In this document: piece by piece, positions 1-8,113 of the stretch
Layout: each line of letters starts with the position of its first letter
Numbering within the stretch: the first letter of the stretch is position 1
NCBI GenBank assembly: GCA_047285305.1
Contig: JBJBDL010000003.1
Location: 1,152,001 to 1,216,000, forward strand
DNA from: Synechococcus sp.
Lineage (GTDB): Bacteria; Cyanobacteriota; Cyanobacteriia; PCC-6307; Cyanobiaceae
Length of the DNA stretch: 64,000 bases
Direction of reading: 5' to 3'
Translations under genes and position numbers: made by a program
Notes under the pieces: generated by a model
Seen by the model: the letters and a program-made list of their open reading frames with translations, nothing else
Database searches by the model: none
Told to the model about the DNA's origin: nothing

Positions 1-410
1 TGCCGGTGACCTTCCAGCAAGGGGATGCTCTGCAAACCGGCTTGCCCACTGCCTGCGCTGATGGTGCGGTGATGGCCTATGGATTGCGCAATCTGGCGGA
101 TCCCCTGCAGGGGCTGAAGGAACTGCGCCGGCTGTTGAAGCCCGACGGGCGCGCTGGGGTGCTGGATTTCAACCGTCTGCCCCAAAGCGGTGCGGCGGCT
201 GCCTTTCAGCGCTTCTATTTGCGTCGCCTGGTGGTGCCAGCTGCCGCCTCTGTGGGCTTACGGGAGGAGTACGCATACCTGGAGAAAAGTCTGGAGTGCT
301 TTCCTGTGGGCCCTGAACAGGAGCGGCTGGCACGGCAGGCGGGATTTGCCGAAGCGAACCACCGCTCGCTCGTGGCCGGGCAGATGGGCGTTTTGATCCT
401 TAGGGCATGA
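1..410 (+). CDS. menG: UbiE/MenG-family methyltransferase, 3' part (starts before window)
   Basis: QGDALxT, AYGLRNL and RRLLKPxGRAGVLDF motifs of the UbiE/MenG C-terminus. Confidence 0.8.
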   Translation, partial: PVTFQQGDALQTGLPTACADGAVMAYGLRNLADPLQGLKELRRLLKPDGRAGVLDFNRLPQSGAAAAFQRFYLRRLVVPAAASVGLREEYAYLEKSLECFPVGPEQERLARQAGFAEANHRSLVAGQMGVLILRA

Positions 411-490
411 CTCTTCACTTGCGTCGCTTGCGACACGCCCCGTCTCTGACGTATGAAAGCCGAAGGCAACGTTAAGGGGGAGGTTCCGGT

Positions 491-841
491 TTGGCGTTTC
501 CGCTGCCGAAGCTGCTGCCCCGCATCGAAGAGCTGCTTCAAGAAGTGCAGTGGCTGGATGGTCTGATCCTGATCACCGACTCCGACCGCGCCTGTTTCGT
601 CTCCTTCTCACAAGTGGATCCACTGTTGCGTCGCCTGCGCCAGCGCCCCAAGGGTCCAGAGGTCGCTGAAAAGCTCTGTATGTCCTTGCTGGATTGCCAT
701 GGCAAGGGGGGCGCAAAGCCCGTCCTGGTCTTTCAGGGGGATGGCAGTTTCTGGCTCGGAATGATTGGTCCCAGCGGCAACAATCCGCACCGCCATCACG
801 CCATCGCGCACCTCCACCGTTGCCTGGCTTTGGAGGGCTGA
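491..841 (+). CDS. Conserved picocyanobacterial hypothetical protein
   Basis: 116 aa ORF with core-like GC and codon usage. Confidence 0.65.
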   Translation: MAFPLPKLLPRIEELLQEVQWLDGLILITDSDRACFVSFSQVDPLLRRLRQRPKGPEVAEKLCMSLLDCHGKGGAKPVLVFQGDGSFWLGMIGPSGNNPHRHHAIAHLHRCLALEG

Positions 842-1218
842 CCGGCCACTGGGCAGAATCGGAACCTAAGTAGCCCCGGCCCAGTGCATTTGCAGGACAG
901 AAACTGCTCAATGTCTTGAAATTAAGCCCTGACTGTGATTTGAGCGATTAAAGTCACTGGTAACGACAAATTATCAACGGTAAGGAGCGGTTTAATTAGT
1001 TTGGAATCGCCTTCAGTCATCCATCTTGTCGTTGATTTAAGGTAAGCACGTCAGTATGAGTACATATAGATAGTCTCTAGATAATAATGATGGATCAATT
1101 CGTCAAGAAACTGCGTTTGAATTAGAAGGATCTGTTTGTAGAATTCATTCACTGCAACTACAGTAACGTTTTTAACAAGAAGATATGAGAGGTTGTTCGA
1201 CAGTAGAGAATTCTGAAC

Positions 1219-1473
1219 TTAAGAGACCTGAAGGAGTTGGATTATGTCTGTCAATTCGTCGATCTGAGTAGGTTGTTTGTCTCTGTCGTCGACAAAGGTC
1301 ACTTCATATCCCTCGTAGTTTTTCATTAAATCCAGTTCGACGACATCTCCGTTCAGGAACATCCGCATATTGACTCCCCAGTCAGCGCACTGAACCAGGA
1401 GCGACTCCACTTTGTCCTGTTTCAAGTCTGTTAGGAGTGAGCGGATGGTTTCTTCGGTTTGCGCTGCGTCCAT
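1219..1473 (-). CDS. Hypothetical protein (84 aa, acidic)
   Basis: ATG ORF with protein-like composition in a co-oriented run. Confidence 0.6.
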   Translation of the reverse strand: MDAAQTEETIRSLLTDLKQDKVESLLVQCADWGVNMRMFLNGDVVELDLMKNYEGYEVTFVDDRDKQPTQIDELTDIIQLLQVS

Positions 1474-1487
1474 TGGTCCCTCGGGTT

Positions 1488-1694
1488 TCAGGGAATATCC
1501 GCGGAGTCTGAATCCCGCGGCAAGGGACTGGTGTTCAGAGTCGTTCCGTCTGACCTTTTTGACTCCTGTTCTGCTCTGGTCAGTCTCTCCACCAGGTTCA
1601 GGGTGTCGTGAGGGGACAAATCACCGTCATCGCTCCACTTGAGAGTGGAAAGGTCAGGCGGGCACATGAGGGGATTTGGCATGTATTTGCGCAA
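1488..1694 (-). CDS. Hypothetical protein (start may be an internal ATG)
   Basis: ORF in the co-oriented minus-strand run (LKWSDDGDLSPHDTLNLVERL). Confidence 0.5.
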   Translation of the reverse strand: MRKYMPNPLMCPPDLSTLKWSDDGDLSPHDTLNLVERLTRAEQESKRSDGTTLNTSPLPRDSDSADIP

Positions 1695-1797
1695 CCTACG
1701 GACGTTGAGATCACTGTTCTGGCAATGCTCCCCAAAGATTCATGGAAGAAATACTGAATTGAGTGCCCTAGTGATACCGAACTGGTTGGGAGTGGTT

Positions 1798-2280
1798 TTA
1801 ACCACGCACAATCCGACCACCCAGGCATTGCGCAGAGATGGTCCAGAACCCCGCCGCTGCTTTCAGGAGTTTTCGATTTGGAGCGAACTCCTCTGTTCGC
1901 CAAAAAAGGAGCGCATTGTCCAACCCAACAAAAATCACTCGATTGGCGTCCTGGGGTTTGGGGACTCGATTATGCGGGTTCCATACAAGGTCGTTCTCAA
2001 ATAGGAGAGCAGTTCCTGAATTAGCGGCGTCCTGGGTGAAGAAGGACCAAGTGGTTTGGCGGTATTGCTTGGGTTTACTGGACATAAATATTCCAAGTCG
2101 TTTGTTGTCCTGGATCAGAACCCCTCGAAGTCCCGTAGGAGTTCGCTCTTTCAAGCGAATGGAAATGGTGGGAACCTCTTCACTGGTTACTTCGCAAACC
2201 AAGGGCAGTGGGACTGCACTCGCAGGCATGGCTGATAGAAGCAGAAGGAGTAACGCCCTCATTCGTCCCTCATCAAACAC
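1798..2280 (-). CDS. Hypothetical exported protein
   Basis: Signal-peptide-like N-terminus MRALLLLLLSAMPASA; 160 aa. Confidence 0.65.
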   Translation of the reverse strand: MFDEGRMRALLLLLLSAMPASAVPLPLVCEVTSEEVPTISIRLKERTPTGLRGVLIQDNKRLGIFMSSKPKQYRQTTWSFFTQDAANSGTALLFENDLVWNPHNRVPKPQDANRVIFVGLDNALLFWRTEEFAPNRKLLKAAAGFWTISAQCLGGRIVRG

Positions 2281-2287
2281 GGCATTC

Positions 2288-2467
2288 TCATGGATTCACC
2301 TCAGTTAGGACTTCTCCGTCTTCGCTCAGCACTCGGGTTTTCCTGCCGATCCTCTTGGCGATCCTCTTTGCTTCTTCAGAGGCGACCTCTAATGACGCTG
2401 CTCTCGCGTGGAGGTGCCATTCCAAAAAGGGATTCAGTTCTTGGATTTGGAACTGATGCCCTCCCAT
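2288..2467 (-). CDS. Small hypothetical protein (59 aa, MGGHQFQIQELNPFLEWHLH...)
   Basis: Manual translation; not in the ORF track; tightly packed in the minus-strand run. Confidence 0.5.
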   Translation of the reverse strand: MGGHQFQIQELNPFLEWHLHARAASLEVASEEAKRIAKRIGRKTRVLSEDGEVLTEVNP

Positions 2468-2471
2468 CCCC

Positions 2472-2639
2472 TTAGTCGCCTACCAAGACTTCGTTGATCC
2501 GATCTTCGAGCGTCTTCTCCTCCAAGGCGGGGGAAAGAGCGTCTCCTGTTGCTCTGAGTAGATCAGCAGTGATCTGTCTTGCCTCTGGGTTGGCGTAGAT
2601 GAAGACGCCAATGGCAATACCCAGCAGAACTCTCAGCAC
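2472..2639 (-). CDS. Small membrane-anchored protein (55 aa, MLRVLLGIAIGVFIYANPEARQ...)
   Basis: Manual translation; GTG start, N-terminal hydrophobic helix. Confidence 0.5.
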   Translation of the reverse strand: MLRVLLGIAIGVFIYANPEARQITADLLRATGDALSPALEEKTLEDRINEVLVGD

Positions 2640-2774
2640 GGCACCTTCACCTGTTGCTAAATGATCCGACGAACCATCGATGTTGTCATCCCCATCGCTG
2701 ATGCGATTTTTCCGTATCCATCTCCTCTCTGGCGTATCTCCATAACTGCTACCTCCCTTTCCGGTGGTGCCTTT

Positions 2775-2954
2775 TCAATGACCGCCTTCCAGTGATCGAG
2801 ATGTAATTACATCAAACTCTTGAAGTAGAGCGTACGCATCCTCGAACCGCTCAGCATCTCTGAGCTCTTGGACCTTGTGATTCCACCAGATTCCAGTGTC
2901 GATAATTGCTTGGAGTTGTTCAGGTGATGGGTTGAACCCTGATCCTCCAGACAT
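2775..2954 (-). CDS. Small hypothetical protein (59 aa), distant homolog of 7684-7854
   Basis: DTGIWWNHKVQELRDAERFEDAYALLQEF aligns ungapped with ESGTWLLERTQTLWDDGMPDEASALYSEF. Confidence 0.55.
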   Translation of the reverse strand: MSGGSGFNPSPEQLQAIIDTGIWWNHKVQELRDAERFEDAYALLQEFDVITSRSLEGGH

Positions 2955-3207
2955 AAACGCCTTTCTGATTTCACGGAAGAGTATCTGCTGAGAAAAGGAA
3001 CGCAAGTAAATCAGGATAAAGGAAGTTTTACCTATGGATCTGATCCTTCGAATCGATATGATAAGCCCTTCGTGCTTAATGGTTAGGCCCTTTTAAGGAG
3101 CAGAGGAAGTGCTTGGCAAGAGTGATATTCCGAGCCACTTTCTGAAAAAATATCTGCTTAGAAAATTTGACTACAGGGGATTATGTGTGCCGATTTGAGC
3201 CAAAATC

Positions 3208-3278
3208 TGTGGAGGTCTCTCTAGACGAAGGGGTGGAAGAAGACGAGACCGCTGTGGGGTGCAACTGCCGAACCCTGA
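3208..3278 (+). pseudogene. 3' fragment of DUF1651-like gene
   Basis: 68/71 identical to 7519-7589, with CAG>TAG nonsense change. Confidence 0.85.
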
Positions 3279-3325
3279 GCAGGTCTTTCTGCGGATGACA
3301 TGCCTTTCCTGTATTCCTAGAAAGA

Positions 3326-4320
3326 GAACACGACACCTACGGAACCGCACTTCATTAGGACGGGGTTAGGTGCCAAGGGGCGGGTAACTCCCGCCCTTCT
3401 TCATGGGTAGGCCTCTTTAGAGGCAGGGTCGGAAACCTCTGAAGATGCCTGACTAGGGCGCTTCTGCTGAAGAACCTTGAAGCAGCGTCTGACGCGATGC
3501 TTTCTCTGGGGTTAGACAGCTGGAAGATCGTCATCCTCTTTGAATGCCTTCTAGGTGCGTCAACTGCAAGAACTTCCAGGGAGAACCTGGTTTTGATGGG
3601 ATTTGTCGTGTGTGGCAGTACATAGTTCCTGCCTGGCGCTCTCATTTCTTAAGGTGCGAGCACTGGACGCCACAGTGGTTCGGCAACCCGTAAGCACAAA
3701 TGCTTATTGGGTGGTGTTAGACCAGTCGTATCGCATGAGAGCGAGGAACCCAGGAGGTTAAACACTCCTGGGTCTTTTCTTGGAAAACGCTCACGGCACC
3801 CACGGCAGTCTCCCCTCATCGGTGAGGGTGGTCACCGCTGGGCGTCGTCCCGCCCAGCGGCACTTTCAGTTTCCGAAGGAGCGATAGGGATACCGCTCCT
3901 TTTTTTGTGCCTTCAGGATACGGAAAGCGGTAGTTCCGCTCATGACCCACTGCTCTGATCTGACATAGAACTGGGATGAGGTCAGAGACCGCTGAAGCAG
4001 TAACCAGGTCTCAACGACCTTTAGGGGGGTACAGCTTGCCCCCCTTCTCAATGGGCGCTTCTACGGATGGCTGCGCATCTGTTGCGGCGGGAACATCTGT
4101 TCATCCCGAGTTAAGGGGGGGGGGAAGGATGCGTCATGAGGGGAGCGGGTGGGAGCGCTCCTTTTTCTTGCTTGCGGGCGACCGAACCTTGATCGGCACG
4201 CCGTACCAGTTCTGACGGTTCTCCCACTCCTCACGGGAGAACACCAGGAGGAAGGTGAATGGGTCGAGAAGACGAGGGTTCAGACCTCTGGGAGTGGGAG
4301 ACACCCAGAGGTCTTTTTCT
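3326..4320 (+). ncRNA. Putative modular structured ncRNA array, locus 1 (divergent 5' part from ~3326; units A, B, C, D, G from 3680)
   Basis: Successive hairpins with U-tracts; 3680-4320 is homologous to parts of 19078-20346; no conserved ORF. Confidence 0.65.
3930..3971 (+). promoter_or_regulatory. Array promoter-like motif GTAGTTCCGCTCAT-N22-TAGAAC (copy 1 of 5)
   Basis: Same motif and 22-nt spacing at 7883, 19315, 19834, 24457. Confidence 0.6.
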
Positions 4321-4367
4321 GTCCTTTGTGATGGCAGTACGTTTTTGCCCTCCCTCGCTTCCGCGTC

Positions 4368-4520
4368 ATGGATCTCCTGAAGGCTTGCGATGAGATGAAG
4401 GGCTTCATCCAAACCGCGCAGAAGTTGGTCGAAGCCTGGGATGCAGACCCAGACAACTACTCGCAGTTGGAAGAGGGGCTATCCGCCTTGAAGGCTGAGC
4501 TGGAGAAGTTCAAGGACTGA
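4368..4520 (+). CDS. Small helical hypothetical protein (50 aa, [25 protein letters not shown]...)
   Basis: Manual translation; amphipathic pattern; followed by a hairpin. Confidence 0.4.
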   Translation: MDLLKACDEMKGFIQTAQKLVEAWDADPDNYSQLEEGLSALKAELEKFKD

Positions 4521-4638
4521 GAGGGGAGATTTGCATTCCCCCTCTCCGCAGCAGATTTGCGGAGAAGTCGTTGGATTTGAGGGTGTTACCCCCCTTGATA
4601 CCACCACCATTTGGGAAAATGGCGGCTTCGGGTCAGCG

Positions 4639-4710
4639 GGTATCAACAGAGGTATCAACAGACCACGGAAATACTGGGTTTTCCGCCCAGGTGTCAACAA
4701 GGTATCAACA
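4639..4710. repeat. Two pairs of 10-bp direct repeats GGTRTCAACA (integrase arm-site-like)
   Basis: Copies at 4639, 4651, 4690, 4701; reverse complement begins TGTTG like the arm repeats beside the tRNA-Ser att sites. Confidence 0.65.
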
Positions 4711-4756
4711 CCTTCAATCCTCCAAAACCCGCACCATCACTAGAACAGGCCGACAT

Positions 4757-5647
4757 ATGCACTTCCAGGACATCATCAGCACGCTCAACCGGTTCTGGGC
4801 GGACCAGGGGTGTCTGTTGCTGCAGCCCTACGACACCGAGAAGGGTGCCGGCACCATGAGCCCCCACACGGTGCTCCGAGCGATTGGTCCTGAGCCCTGG
4901 GCCGTGGCCTATCCCGAGCCCTGCCGTCGCCCCACCGACGGCCGTTATGGCGACAACCCCAACCGGGCTCAGCACTATTTCCAGTACCAGGTGCTGATCA
5001 AGCCATCCCCAGATGGCATCCAGGAGACCTACCTGACGTCACTGGAGGCGTTGGGCATCAAGGCCGCTGACCACGACATTCGTTTCGTCGAGGACAACTG
5101 GGAGTCCCCAACCCTCGGCGCCTGGGGTGTGGGCTGGGAAGTGTGGCTCGACGGCATGGAGGTGACCCAGTTCACCTATTTCCAGCAATGCGGCGGCATC
5201 GATTGCAAGCCGGTTTCCATTGAGATCACCTACGGCCTCGAGCGGCTGGCGATGTATCTCCAAGATGTGGAGAGCATCTGGGACCTCAGCTGGAACAGCG
5301 AGCGCAGTTACGGCGAGATCTGGCTGCCGTTTGAAAAGGGGCAGTGCCACTTCAACTTTGAGGCCTCCAATCCCGAGCGGCTCAAGCAGTTGTTCGCCAT
5401 CTATGAAGCGGAAGCGGCAGATCTGATTGAGAAGCAGCTGCCCGCACCGGCCTTGGATTTTGTTCTGAAGTGCAGCCACACCTTCAACCTGCTGGAAGCC
5501 CGTGGCGTGATTTCTGTGACGGAGCGCACCGCCACCATCGGTCGGATCCGCAACCTGGCCCGCAAGGTGGCCGAGGCCTGGCTGGCGGAACGGGAGGCCC
5601 TTGGTTTCCCGCTCTTGAAAGGGGGAACTCTCGAGACAGCGGCCTGA
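4757..5647 (+). CDS. glyQ: Glycine--tRNA ligase alpha subunit
   Basis: [14 protein letters not shown]...GAGTMSP...[14 protein letters not shown]...[13 protein letters not shown]. Confidence 0.97.
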   Translation: MHFQDIISTLNRFWADQGCLLLQPYDTEKGAGTMSPHTVLRAIGPEPWAVAYPEPCRRPTDGRYGDNPNRAQHYFQYQVLIKPSPDGIQETYLTSLEALGIKAADHDIRFVEDNWESPTLGAWGVGWEVWLDGMEVTQFTYFQQCGGIDCKPVSIEITYGLERLAMYLQDVESIWDLSWNSERSYGEIWLPFEKGQCHFNFEASNPERLKQLFAIYEAEAADLIEKQLPAPALDFVLKCSHTFNLLEARGVISVTERTATIGRIRNLARKVAEAWLAEREALGFPLLKGGTLETAA

Positions 5648-6593
5648 TGGTTTCTGCGTCGACGTCGTTCTGTCGATGCCATTGCCCTCTGTCTCCTTGC
5701 GCTACTTGTGCTTAGAGGGGTGTTGTGGGGGCACCGACGCCGAGCCGAGCCGATCCATCTCACCTGATCCAGACGCCACCGGCGGCCGTGGCGATCAGCG
5801 GTCGCTTGCTTGTCGATGTGCGCCGTTTTCCCTCGGGTTGTTCCGGTCTGTTGGAGGTGGATCGGATCGAGGCTCGCGGGGTTGAGGGGCGAACTGAGAT
5901 GCAGTTGCCTGGTCGCACTGCACCCCTGCTGCAGGGCTGGCGTATCCAGCGGGGGTGCTGAGGCGTCCGCTGCTAGCGGTGCACCCGCTGTTGCCGGGAC
6001 CAGCAGAACGTCTGGCCCGCCAAGGCACTTGGAGTCAGCTGCGGGTCGAGAGCATCGAAGTGCTGCAGCGTCCGTGGACGCCGTTGGCTGATCTGCGGCG
6101 CGATGTTGCTCAACGGCTGCAACAGGCCGTCGGGCCAAGGCGGGGCGGTTTTCTGGCCGTTCTGGTGCTGGGCAGCGCCCAGGTGCAGCTCCCGGAAGAC
6201 ATCCGAGCGGCGTTCCGGATGGCCGGCTTGTCCCATGCCCGGACGGCATCGGGGTTTCACCTCTCTGTTCTGCTCGGCAGTGTGCTGATGCTGGCCCACC
6301 GCATTGGGGCTCCCCAGCAAGTTCAAGCTCCCATCGCTATCGGCCAGGTGCTTCGAAGTGATGGCCTATCGGTGCAGCGTCTGCAGCCTTGCACCGGAGC
6401 ACTTGTGATGCGGGTGGGGCATCAGCGCTGGCAGCTGTTCCAAAGCCCTCAGGCCTTGTGGGCACTACAGCATCGGCAGCGATCAGAACCCCGGCAGATG
6501 ATTGCTGGAACATGGCTGGGGTTCAAGCCTTCCGCACCCCAGCGCCGTCGGCTTCTGAAGCATGGAGCAGGTTCCCGGTTCGTCGGCCTTTAA
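5647..6593 (+). pseudogene. comEC: Degenerate ComEC/Rec2 competence gene (frameshifts, large internal deletion)
   Basis: FRMAGLSHARTASGFHLSVLLG is a mutated ComEC GLxH...SGxH motif; split over frames; under 1 kb. Confidence 0.75.
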
Positions 6594-6618
6594 ACTTCTG
6601 GAACGCCTGATGGCGTGT

Positions 6619-6705
6619 GGAGAGGTGGCAGAGTCCGGTTGATTGCGCACGACTCGAAATCGTGTAGGGGTAACACCCTCGTGGGTTCGAATCCCACCCT
6701 CTCCG
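6619..6705 (+). tRNA. trnS: tRNA-Ser(CGA); integration target
   Basis: GGAGAGG...CCTCTCC-G acceptor, CACGA-CTCGAAA-TCGTG anticodon arm, long variable arm, GTTCGAATC. Confidence 0.96.
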
Positions 6706-6719
6706 TTCCGAATAAGTCC

Positions 6720-6832
6720 TGAAAGGTCCTGGTTCGTCCCATGAGACACCAGGGTGTCTCGAAAAAGTGTTGGGGGAAATATTCGGGAAAAAAGGGGGTG
6801 TCTTGGGGGAAATATCTTTGTTGGGGGAATCC
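6720..6832 (+). repeat. Element left end with three arm-type repeats (TGTTGGGGGAA-like)
   Basis: Three near-identical copies; homologous blocks at ~16300-16390, ~18700-18812, ~20535-20620. Confidence 0.75.
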
Positions 6833-6836
6833 TGAA

Positions 6837-6875
6837 ATGTCACTCTCTGACTCGCAGGTCCGTTCTCTAAAGCAG
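6837..6875 (+). pseudogene. N-terminal stub of P4-family integrase (MSLSDSQVRSLKQ)
   Basis: P4-integrase-like start directly after the arm repeats; parallels MSPSGSQ at 20628. Confidence 0.6.
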
Positions 6876-7037
6876 GAGTTTCCGAATGGTCGAGAGCATC
6901 TCGGATTTTCCATCGAATGGTTGCTCTCCCTCAGAGTCCAGTGAGTGGAAGAGTGTTTCTCGGAAAGTTCGCACGACGACTGGACTTTGCCCGCACTCAT
7001 CTTGTTCGTGCGCATCGCTCAGCGCCACCAGGGGCAT
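6867..7037 (-). CDS. Small hypothetical protein (56 aa, MPLVALSDAHEQDECG...)
   Basis: Manual translation; divergent from the 7114 operon. Confidence 0.4.
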   Translation of the reverse strand: MPLVALSDAHEQDECGQSPVVVRTFRETLFHSLDSEGEQPFDGKSEMLSTIRKLLL

Positions 7038-7080
7038 TTTCTTCCGATTTCTCTCTTGACCAAACCCCTCCAGCCAGGAG

Positions 7081-7096
7081 TAGAACAGATGAACTA
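7081..7096. promoter_or_regulatory. LexA-box-like palindrome TAGAACAGATGAACTA
   Basis: Two mismatches to the cyanobacterial consensus TAGTACA-N2-TGTACTA; 17 nt upstream of ATG 7114. Confidence 0.5.
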
Positions 7097-7113
7097 CTCA
7101 CAAGGAGGGTTCG

Positions 7114-7344
7114 ATGTCGGAAGAGGAATGGGACTTTGTGGATGGTCTGAGGCAGACCAGGTCCTCGTGCGTCTGCATGACGTGCCAGCACTTCTCCTAT
7201 GTCTGCGACCAGCACTGCCATACATTGCTGACCTGCGGTCTTCAGCGTCGTCAGGTTCCTCACGGTGAGCACCTGACGAAGAGGTGCCGCAACTGGATGG
7301 TCCGCAGGGAAGCGGAAATGGGTTGGTGCCCGGAGGTGGCGTGA
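7114..7344 (+). CDS. Small Cys/His-rich putative metal-binding protein
   Basis: CMTCQHF...LLTC...HLTKRC; GGAGG RBS; TGATG overlap with next gene. Confidence 0.75.
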   Translation: MSEEEWDFVDGLRQTRSSCVCMTCQHFSYVCDQHCHTLLTCGLQRRQVPHGEHLTKRCRNWMVRREAEMGWCPEVA

Positions 7345-7589
7345 TGCAAGAGGGATGGTTGATCGATGCCAGCGACCATTGGGTCTGGCGGTTTCACCGG
7401 GACAACTCCGCCTGGGTGAAAGATCCGAAGGTCTTTATCGACCGAGGGCGTCAGATGCCCGAAGGTCCGCCGCTGCTCAAGGAGCGTCGATATCTGAGGA
7501 AGGATGCCGCAGAACAGTTGTGGAGGTCTCTTCAGACGCAGGGGTGGAAGAAGACGAGACCGCTGTGGGGTGCAACTGCCGAACCCTGA
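7344..7589 (+). CDS. DUF1651-like protein (81 aa)
   Basis: GWL...WVWRFH...VFIDRGR...PPLLKERRYL...A.QLW..L...GW pattern. Confidence 0.75.
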   Translation: MQEGWLIDASDHWVWRFHRDNSAWVKDPKVFIDRGRQMPEGPPLLKERRYLRKDAAEQLWRSLQTQGWKKTRPLWGATAEP

Positions 7590-7683
7590 AGGTGTCCCCT
7601 CCACCTAAATCGCAATCCAGTAAAAATCGCTGCCACTTCTCATATGGCGGGTGCCTACAACCCCAAAAAGGTGTTGCCCTGCC

Positions 7684-7854
7684 ATGTCTTACAAAGACGC
7701 CAACTACCTCAAATCAACCCTCCAGCGGGAACTTTGGAGTGAATCGGGGACTTGGTTGCTGGAGAGGACGCAAACGCTTTGGGATGACGGGATGCCCGAT
7801 GAGGCATCGGCGCTCTACTCAGAGTTCTCCAGGGGTCCTGCTCTGGGCGAATGA
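7684..7854 (+). CDS. Small hypothetical protein (56 aa), homolog of 2775-2954
   Basis: MSYKDANYLK...ESGTWLLERTQTLWDDGMPDEASALYSEF. Confidence 0.55.
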   Translation: MSYKDANYLKSTLQRELWSESGTWLLERTQTLWDDGMPDEASALYSEFSRGPALGE

Positions 7855-7882
7855 CTTTGTGCCTTCATAGATACAGGAACCG

Positions 7883-7975
7883 GTAGTTCCGCTCATGTCC
7901 TGGTGCTTTGAAGCGCCCTAGAACAGAAATGAGGTCAGAGACCGATAGGAACTACTAACCTTTCTCAGTCGGTCC
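7883..7975 (+). ncRNA. Truncated array copy (promoter motif plus start of unit C)
   Basis: GTAGTTCCGCTCAT-N22-TAGAAC then ATGAGGTCAGAGACCG, then divergence. Confidence 0.55.
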
Positions 7976-8113
7976 ACTTGGATTCTCGCTATGTGAACTG
8001 GCACGAATAGGTGATCACATGTGTATGTAAAAGAAGATGACAATTAGATGCATACAAGTAGCTGGGTGCTTGGATGTCAAAAGTATTTTATGTAGTTGGT
8101 TTACTTAGGCGGG

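Larger units (their letters stand above)
880..4750. mobile_element. Small genomic island upstream of glyQ (boundaries approximate)
   Basis: GC drop after ~880, run of small ORFs, DUF1651 fragment, ncRNA-like array shared with the tRNA-Ser island, paired arm-like repeats at 4639-4710. Confidence 0.6.

Noticed and set aside
3935..4144. MITE or retron interpretation from the TCCGCTCATGAC / GTCATGAGGGGA inverted repeat
   Set aside because: The inverted repeat is not kept in all copies, homology extends beyond it, no target-site duplication is seen, and there is no reverse transcriptase or transposase in the window
3976..4215. Repeated ORF MRSETAEAVTRSQRP (also 19361, 19880) and MGGVRPVVSHESEEPRR-type ORFs as proteins
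   Set aside because: Frames diverge through indels in G-tracts, lengths differ (79, 46, 66 aa) and the 24499 copy stops after 13 codons; substitutions preserve base pairing, not codons
4535..4548. ATTCCCCCTCTCCG as another tRNA-Ser att copy
   Set aside because: Short imperfect match that is also part of a hairpin after the 4368-4520 ORF and lacks the conserved left-end block; left unresolved
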